Source: Candidatus Heimdallarchaeota archaeon (GTDB lineage Archaea; Asgardarchaeota; Heimdallarchaeia; JABLTI01). Taken from it: DNA of 64,000 nucleotides. The position numbers and the translations under genes are program-made. This document shows positions 57,526 through 64,000 of the stretch, piece by piece (the first letter of the stretch is position 1; every line of letters starts with the position of its first letter). Below the pieces are notes generated by a model. It ran no database searches, was not told the origin of the DNA, and saw only the letters and a program-made list of their open reading frames with translations. The stretch is taken from assembly GCA_019058275.1 (NCBI GenBank), contig JAHLVW010000066.1:128001-192000 (forward strand), read 5' to 3'.

Positions 57526-58863
57526 CTATAATTCATCAACATCTGAAACTGGAGATCTTGTAAAGATCATGAATGAGTAAATGAGAAAGGCAACATAGAG
57601 CAATTTCATGATTATAACTATCATTGAATGAATAGATTTTATTTCTTTAGCATAGAAAAATAAGTATGATGCAACAAGAATTCCCATTAATGAGCTAGCA
57701 ACAATGATCAATAGCATGTTTTCATATTTTTCCAATCTTTCTCGTTTAATACCTGACTTGATTCCAAGAACAACTGACAACCCACCTATAGGTGCAATAA
57801 TTAATTGTGATAATCCAATTGGTATCAAGAGACTTCTGCCAATAATCTGTTTAATATCATAGTAGTATCGTCGTAAATCTTCAAATTGTCTATTCAAAAG
57901 GGTTCTATGGTCTTTCTTAATCCTTCGACGGTACCAATCTGAAATTCTTCTTCTTCGACCAGTTAGAACTTTTGGCGCAATGTCTTTTTCAGGATTCCTA
58001 AATAATTTAACTGCAGGAATAATATAGAACGTAATAATTGATACAGCAGCGATTATCCCCTTGTATATTTCATTTATTAAATCAAGTGTTCCGAGAAATC
58101 CAACGACATTTTGCAAGAATTCACTTGCTGGAATTGTTGAACCAGGCCAAACAATAATTGCTCTAATTATAGTGAAAAGTGATAATACAATTCCAAGAAT
58201 CATCATAACATAAAGTGGGACTAGCATTATTAGCTTGAATTTTCTAGGTTCTAGTTCCTCTTGTCTATGAATAACCCTTTCAGCAAATTTCCCTCTATAT
58301 TCTTTCTTTATCTCATCAATTTTCTCTTTCTCTTTATCAACTTCAGTTTCAAATTTCTTCTTTTCCTTCTTTAATTCAAGTCTTCTGTCTTCCAGTTTTT
58401 CCTTTTCACGTTTGATTTTTCTTTTTGACCAACTTCCAGCAGCTATTTTTTCTTCAATCAATTTTTCTTTTTGATCTAACTCTTGATCTAATTTTTTATA
58501 TTCTTCTTTTTTCTTATTCTCAACTTCATCTAATCTTTCTAATTCTTTCTCCAATTTTAGGATATCTTTTTCACTATATGCTTTCTTCTTTGCTGATCTA
58601 GTAAGACTACCAATTATCTTTTGAGCTATTGGCACATAACCAGTGATAAATCCGAAACCACTCAAAACTTGTTGAAAAATGAAATAAACTAACAGCGGAT
58701 AAAATACTATGTCTAGATAAGTAACATTCTCGCCTTTCAAAGTAGCTACTAAAACTATTGTGATTATTAAAACAATTAATCCTGTAGTGAAAGCAATGTA
58801 ATAGCTCTTGTCAACTTTTTTTACTGCTTCACTAATTCGATCGTATTTTCCTTTACCATTCAT
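57526..58863 (-). CDS. Multi-pass membrane protein with a long charged coiled-coil loop
   Basis: Several TM segments around a K/E-rich heptad region of about 120 aa. Confidence 0.75.
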   Translation of the reverse strand: MNGKGKYDRISEAVKKVDKSYYIAFTTGLIVLIITIVLVATLKGENVTYLDIVFYPLLVYFIFQQVLSGFGFITGYVPIAQKIIGSLTRSAKKKAYSEKDILKLEKELERLDEVENKKKEEYKKLDQELDQKEKLIEEKIAAGSWSKRKIKREKEKLEDRRLELKKEKKKFETEVDKEKEKIDEIKKEYRGKFAERVIHRQEELEPRKFKLIMLVPLYVMMILGIVLSLFTIIRAIIVWPGSTIPASEFLQNVVGFLGTLDLINEIYKGIIAAVSIITFYIIPAVKLFRNPEKDIAPKVLTGRRRRISDWYRRRIKKDHRTLLNRQFEDLRRYYYDIKQIIGRSLLIPIGLSQLIIAPIGGLSVVLGIKSGIKRERLEKYENMLLIIVASSLMGILVASYLFFYAKEIKSIHSMIVIIMKLLYVAFLIYSFMIFTRSPVSDVDEL

Positions 58864-59010
58864 AGTTATAGAAGATTGTAGTTGGAAACAAAAAGATTTC
58901 GCTAGTTATTTTTGAATCAGTATTTAACATTAACTTTTAGTAACACTAGACATAAGTTAGAATTGGTTTTCCTGAATCATATAATGAAATTACCTTTAGA
59001 AGCGATCTAG

Positions 59011-59526
59011 ATGAAATACAATATTCGAAAAGCGACAATTTATGATATTAATCAAATATATGAAATTGAGAATCTATGTTTTAATAAAATAGATCGTTTT
59101 AGTAAAGATTTTTTCTACTTGTTCTTGTTAGGAAGAAAATATGAAATATTCTTAGTAGCTACAATTGAGAATACAAAAGAGGAGATAGTCATAGGTTTCA
59201 TTGTTGCTTATCTAAATTCAATTAACAATTATGAAATTGCTACTGTTAATGTTCATCCAGAATGGCGTCGAATAGGAGCAGGATATAATTTAATGTTACA
59301 ACTGGAAGAAGCTGTAGTTATAATTGTACCAGAATTAAGAAATCGAAAGATGATTGATACGAATTCAGAAGAAATCACAATAGAACTAACAGTTCAAACT
59401 GAAAACGAAGCTGCAAAGAATATCTACCATAAATTAGAATACAAGCAAATAGAAGTAATACCTGATTACTATAAAAAAGGAAGTGCTGGCATTCGTATGG
59501 TTAAGAAATTAAAAATAAGTCTTTAA
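59011..59526 (+). CDS. RimI/Ard1-like N-acetyltransferase
   Basis: EIE..CF, VHPEWRRIGAG, L.V...N..A..Y, IPDYY. Confidence 0.85.
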   Translation: MKYNIRKATIYDINQIYEIENLCFNKIDRFSKDFFYLFLLGRKYEIFLVATIENTKEEIVIGFIVAYLNSINNYEIATVNVHPEWRRIGAGYNLMLQLEEAVVIIVPELRNRKMIDTNSEEITIELTVQTENEAAKNIYHKLEYKQIEVIPDYYKKGSAGIRMVKKLKISL

Positions 59527-59637
59527 TAACTTCCAAAAACATAGTAAATTAAAACGGAAACCGTCTATACACATACATTTTTATCTAAGTCTAGAAAAAA
59601 GAATGTTAAGCGTTAAAGATCGGAGTAATGTACAAAT

Positions 59638-60852
59638 ATGAATCCTGAAGTTGAGCAGGAAGGCGATGAAAAAGATATTGCAGATAAGGATAGAAGTTAT
59701 CTGTTATCTTATACTCGTCATTTAGAACGCAAGATTAGAACTCTCGAAACAGAGAAGCAGCTAATTGATAATGAGCGCATGCGTATGGAGCGCGAAATTG
59801 CTTCTATGAGAAATGATCTTGAGCAAATGAAAAGAAGCCCATTAATAACTGGTACCATTGTAGATTCTTTAGATGATGGCAGAGCAGTAGTAAGAAGCTC
59901 AAGTGGTCCAAGTTTTGTTGTAAATGTAATTAAATCAATTGATAAAGATTTGTTGAAATCAAATTCAAGAGTTGCTTTAAATCAAAGGAATTTTGCGATA
60001 GTAGAAGTATTACCTCAACAAAAAGATCCTATGGTTTCTGCTATGGAAGTTGAAGATAGACCTTCTGTTGCATATGAAGATGTCGGTGGACTTGAAGAAC
60101 AAATTCTTGAATTGAGAGAAACAGTTGAACTTCCATTAACAAAACCTGAATTATTTGAGAGGGTTGGTATTTCTCCACCTAAAGGTGTTATGCTTTTTGG
60201 TCCTCCAGGAACAGGTAAAACACTTTTAGCAAGAGCTGTTGCTCACGAAACAAATGCGACATTTATCCGTGTAATTGGGAGTGAATTAGTTCAGAAATTT
60301 ATCGGTGAAGGTGCACGATTAGTAAGAGAGATATTCGAATTTGCTGAAGAACGATCGCCTACAATCTTATTTATCGATGAATTAGATGCTATTGGTTCAA
60401 GAAGATTAGATATTGCAACAAGCGGAGACAGAGAAGTCCAAAGAACATTGATGCAATTATTAAGCAATCTTGATGGTTTTGATGTTAGAGGTAATGTTAG
60501 AGTAATTGCTGCTACAAACAGACCAGATATTTTAGATCCAGCACTACTAAGGCCTGGGAGATTTGATCGTATAATTGAAATTGGTATGCCAACTGCTAAA
60601 GAAAGATTAGCTATCTTCAAAATACACACAAGAAAAATGTCCCTTGATGATTCTGTAGACCTTGATGTAATTGTAAGTATGACTGAAGGAGCTTCTGGAG
60701 CAGATATCAAAAATATGTGCACAGAATCAGGCATGTTTGCAGTTAGAAACGAAAGGGATCACATAACTGAATCAGACTTCAAAAAAGCTGTCAGTAAAGT
60801 TATGGGTAAAGTACGAGCAGAAACTGGAAATAAAGAACGATTCTTTGTATAG
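59638..60852 (+). CDS. pan: Proteasome-activating nucleotidase
   Basis: N-terminal coiled-coil and OB domain, [30 protein letters not shown]. Confidence 0.96.
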   Translation: MNPEVEQEGDEKDIADKDRSYLLSYTRHLERKIRTLETEKQLIDNERMRMEREIASMRNDLEQMKRSPLITGTIVDSLDDGRAVVRSSSGPSFVVNVIKSIDKDLLKSNSRVALNQRNFAIVEVLPQQKDPMVSAMEVEDRPSVAYEDVGGLEEQILELRETVELPLTKPELFERVGISPPKGVMLFGPPGTGKTLLARAVAHETNATFIRVIGSELVQKFIGEGARLVREIFEFAEERSPTILFIDELDAIGSRRLDIATSGDREVQRTLMQLLSNLDGFDVRGNVRVIAATNRPDILDPALLRPGRFDRIIEIGMPTAKERLAIFKIHTRKMSLDDSVDLDVIVSMTEGASGADIKNMCTESGMFAVRNERDHITESDFKKAVSKVMGKVRAETGNKERFFV

Positions 60853-60873
60853 AATCTTCTTCTTTCTATATTT

Positions 60874-61527
60874 TTATGCTTCGGATTTTTCAAGACTTTT
60901 CTTTTCTAATTTCTCTTTTATCTTTTTAAGCTGAGTAAATTGCTCTCTTTCTTGTTCTTCTAAGGTTGTTTCGATAAAGGCAATTTGAGTTTTCAATCTA
61001 GGTATTAGGATAAATCTGAGTGCATTTACTCGTCTTTTAGTTTCTGTTATCGCTTGACCTAAGATTTGTAAAGTTGCTAAGGTTTCTGCAAGAGTAACAA
61101 TTTTTTCAATTGCTTTTCGATAATCATCTACTGTTTTATCTATTTCAGAACTTGAACTTAGAAAACCATAGAATAGCTTAGATTCAGATTCATCACGAAC
61201 TTGTTCTAAATCTAAGTTTGGTACGATAACTCCAGCGACATTGTTTTCATAAGCTTCAATTTGCCACATTTCCGGAGCTGCAAATGTAATTTCTCTTAAT
61301 CGAAGAGGTCCTACAGCTATTTGCGCATCTATTAATGATTGATGAGCTTTAATCGTTAATTTGGATGTTTCTTCTCGAAGTCCTCTGATTGTATCAACCA
61401 CCTCAAAGAATCTAATTACCAAAGAATCTAGTTTTTCTTGTAAAAGATCATGACCTTTTTCAGCAAGTTTTCTGCGATCACGCAATTTCATAAGATTCAT
61501 TCGAGTAGCTTGGACACCTTCGCTCAA
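60874..61527 (-). CDS. atpD: A/V-type ATP synthase subunit D
   Basis: TRMNL, GHDLL.EK.D.L, TKRRVNAL...LIP, EQERE.F. Confidence 0.93.
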   Translation of the reverse strand: MSEGVQATRMNLMKLRDRRKLAEKGHDLLQEKLDSLVIRFFEVVDTIRGLREETSKLTIKAHQSLIDAQIAVGPLRLREITFAAPEMWQIEAYENNVAGVIVPNLDLEQVRDESESKLFYGFLSSSSEIDKTVDDYRKAIEKIVTLAETLATLQILGQAITETKRRVNALRFILIPRLKTQIAFIETTLEEQEREQFTQLKKIKEKLEKKSLEKSEA

Positions 61528-61675
61528 TTTTTCTACCTACCGTTTGTATGTTAACAATAGTTATTGTTAAATGTAACTACTTCAAGTTTTTTTATTAAGC
61601 ACCATAAAAAATTTTTTACATGAATCAACAAATTAAGTTAAAAAACAATGAATTCATGAGGAATGTATAGTAGAA

Positions 61676-61915
61676 GTGTCTGATATAAACAATAAAAAAG
61701 AAAAAAAATTACTCTTAAGAAAAATACTTTTGATTAGTATTCTTACATTCGTAATAATCAATATTCCTATTCTTATACTAGCTATTTTGAGTATTGGTGG
61801 AAACGCGATTTTTATTGCTTTAATAACGATAACTTCCTTAACAATTGTACAGATTTTTTATTATATTATATTAGATATAATTCAAATTTACAAGAAGAAA
61901 CAACAAATGAAATAA
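61676..61915 (+). CDS. Small two-TM membrane protein
   Basis: 79-aa hydrophobic ORF. Confidence 0.5.
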   Translation: MSDINNKKEKKLLLRKILLISILTFVIINIPILILAILSIGGNAIFIALITITSLTIVQIFYYIILDIIQIYKKKQQMK

Positions 61916-62043
61916 AGAGTGCTCTTTGTATCATTATTTCATTATCATAAAATAACTTTTAAAAGGGAAGGTATAATTTTCTTTTTGATGCTTTATTCTC
62001 AAATAAGTTCAAGTAAAAATGAATCAATGAGAAGGTAGATGTT

Positions 62044-63687
62044 TTGAAAAAATTATTGGATGATCTTGAAAAAGTTTTAAAAAAACACAAAAATATCATT
62101 AGAAATCCTGAGAGAGAGAAACTCATTCAGGCTGCTATTGATAATAGAGAAGCATATACGACTGCAAATGGTGCGTTATCAACTTGGACACCTCCTGAAT
62201 CAACAGGACGAAGCCCAAAAGATACTGTAATCGTTAAAAGACCTGAAAGTGAAGAATCAATAGATTGGACCTCTCCGAATTGCATCCCTATTTCTGAGGA
62301 AACTTTCGACATGGCTTGGGAAGATGCAATGCAAATTTTAATGGAGAAAGAACAACTATACCTTTCTGAAAGGTCTTTAGGTGCAGACTCATCATATACA
62401 ATGAGTGTGCTTACCTTGGGCGATAAAGCTCTAAGTATTCTATTTACCTATAATATGTTTAGACCAAATCCACCTGATATAAAAAATAGTATTTTTGCAG
62501 ATAGACCATTTACTTTAATAGTACTGCCTTATAATAAACTCAATCCAAAAAGATACGTAGGAAGAATTAGAAAACTCCCCAATGGTCAGACAAGTAATAT
62601 GCTTGTAGCTATGGATTTTGATAGAAGATTAGGACTAATTATTGGTTCAGCATATGGTGGTTCTGTAAAAAAATTGATGTTTACTGTCATGAATTATATG
62701 TTACCAATAGAAGGTATTCTACCATTACATTGTTCTGCTAATGAAGGACCAAATGGTAATACTGCATTATTATTGGGACTATCTGGAACTGGGAAAACAT
62801 CATTATCAACTGATCCTTCAAGAGCACTGTTAGGTGACGATGAACACAGTTGGAGTGATAATGGAATAGCTAATTTTGAGTTTGGCTGTTATGCAAAACT
62901 GATAGACCTTAGACAAGATAAAGAACCAGAAATTTACAACGCAATGCTTCATAATGATGATTACCTTAAGCATGGAGCTCTTTTTGAAAATACTATGATG
63001 TATCCAAATGGTAAATTTGATTTTTTTGATGATCGTCTTACACCAAATTCCAGAGGATCTTACCCACTGTCTTTCTTATCAAATATCAAAACACCTCCAA
63101 TTGGAGATCATCCGAAAACCATTTTGTTCTTAACTGCAGATGCAAACGGTATCCTCCCACCTGTATCTAAATTAACACCTGAACAAGCAATGTTGTGGTT
63201 TTTAATGGGATATACAAGTAAATTAGCTGGAACAGAAACAGGTATAGTAGATCCAGTATCAACGTTTTCTAGATTCTTTGGAGAACCATTTATGCCACGA
63301 AATCCAGATGAATATGCAAATCTCCTTGGTGAAAAACTGGAGAAGCATGGAACACAAGTTTATTTAGTAAATACTGGTTGGAGTGGTGGACCTTATGGTA
63401 TCGGAAAACGAATGGACATAAATCTAACCAGAAGACTTGTAGATGCAGCTCTTAATGGGGAATTTGAAAACGTAGAATATCAAGAAGATGAGATTTTCCA
63501 TCTACACGTTCCTGTTGAATGTAAAGGTGTACCAGCTGAGGTTCTATGGCCTAGAAATACTTGGGATGATAAGGATGCTTTTGATGAACGTGCAAAGAAA
63601 TTAGCACAAGACTTCAGTAATCATTATGATAAAGCATACGGCGGAAAGCTTGACCCAAAAATCGCCAAAGTATGCCCTGGGAAATAG
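62044..63687 (+). CDS. pckA: Phosphoenolpyruvate carboxykinase (ATP)
   Basis: TGRSPKD, LHCSAN, GLSGTGKT, GDDEH, GCYAK, NSRGSYP. Confidence 0.95.
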   Translation: MKKLLDDLEKVLKKHKNIIRNPEREKLIQAAIDNREAYTTANGALSTWTPPESTGRSPKDTVIVKRPESEESIDWTSPNCIPISEETFDMAWEDAMQILMEKEQLYLSERSLGADSSYTMSVLTLGDKALSILFTYNMFRPNPPDIKNSIFADRPFTLIVLPYNKLNPKRYVGRIRKLPNGQTSNMLVAMDFDRRLGLIIGSAYGGSVKKLMFTVMNYMLPIEGILPLHCSANEGPNGNTALLLGLSGTGKTSLSTDPSRALLGDDEHSWSDNGIANFEFGCYAKLIDLRQDKEPEIYNAMLHNDDYLKHGALFENTMMYPNGKFDFFDDRLTPNSRGSYPLSFLSNIKTPPIGDHPKTILFLTADANGILPPVSKLTPEQAMLWFLMGYTSKLAGTETGIVDPVSTFSRFFGEPFMPRNPDEYANLLGEKLEKHGTQVYLVNTGWSGGPYGIGKRMDINLTRRLVDAALNGEFENVEYQEDEIFHLHVPVECKGVPAEVLWPRNTWDDKDAFDERAKKLAQDFSNHYDKAYGGKLDPKIAKVCPGK

Positions 63688-63688
63688 T

Positions 63689-63729
63689 TGATGGGATCCT
63701 AATCAGTGGATCCATATCATTATTTTTTT
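63689..63729 (+). terminator. Hairpin plus T-tract after pckA
   Basis: TGATGGGATCC-taatcagt-GGATCCATATCA followed by a T7 run. Confidence 0.6.
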
Positions 63730-63853
63730 ATCCTTCTTTCCTTTTATTCGATTGCTTTGCAAAAGCTTTTTGACCTAAAAACTAAATAATAGGATTTAAT
63801 ATCAGACTCATCAATTATCAATCAACTAGTTAGAACACTTGGGATGAAAGAAT

Positions 63854-64000
63854 TTGTCTATTGAAAATGAAATTAAAGAATTGTTACAGCAGCTTCAAAG
63901 TGATGATGATAAAATAAGAAGTCAAGCAGCCCTTTCATTAGGGTGGATTGGTGAAGAAACAGTTGTTAATCCCTTAATTCTTTCATTACAAAATGATACA
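63854..64000 (+). CDS. HEAT/PBS-lyase repeat protein, N-terminal part only
   Basis: Manual translation MSIENEIKELLQQLQSDDDKIRSQAALSLGWIGEETVVNPLILSLQNDT... Confidence 0.75.
   Translation, partial: MSIENEIKELLQQLQSDDDKIRSQAALSLGWIGEETVVNPLILSLQNDT

Overview
AT-rich archaeal chromosomal segment, most likely from an Asgard archaeon (probably Heimdallarchaeia; inferred from gene content). Information-processing genes are archaeal: uL11, aIF6-eL20-prefoldin-FtsY, PAN, DTD2 and A/V-ATPase subunit D. Eukaryote-like proteins include a GTPBP1/2-type translational GTPase, an Arf-family GTPase fused to a longin-like domain and a tandem C2H2 finger protein. Metabolic genes include DmrX plus a DHPS-like protein next to glycine cleavage H/P1/P2, lipoate ligase, ADP-forming acyl-CoA synthetase, OTCase, ATP-type PEPCK, peptidases and several GNATs. 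There are also Ca-binding DxDxDG surface proteins, a secreted PLD with a lamin-tail domain and an ABC-2 exporter. Four pseudogenes lie between 24.6 and 39.7 kb. I recognised no rRNA, tRNA, CRISPR array, transposase or integrase. Best leads: (i) a possible +1 frameshift (UUU_UUU_CGG) fusing a MoxR ATPase to a VWA protein; (ii) several multi-helix 5' leaders (argF, rpl11, ABC operon) matching no riboswitch I recognise; (iii) the GTPBP2-like and Arf-longin proteins; (iv) a pair of uncharacterised paralogs bracketing the PLD gene; (v) a 61-nt hairpin-forming insertion in an LVIVD gene. All calls come from motif reading by eye; no searches were run.
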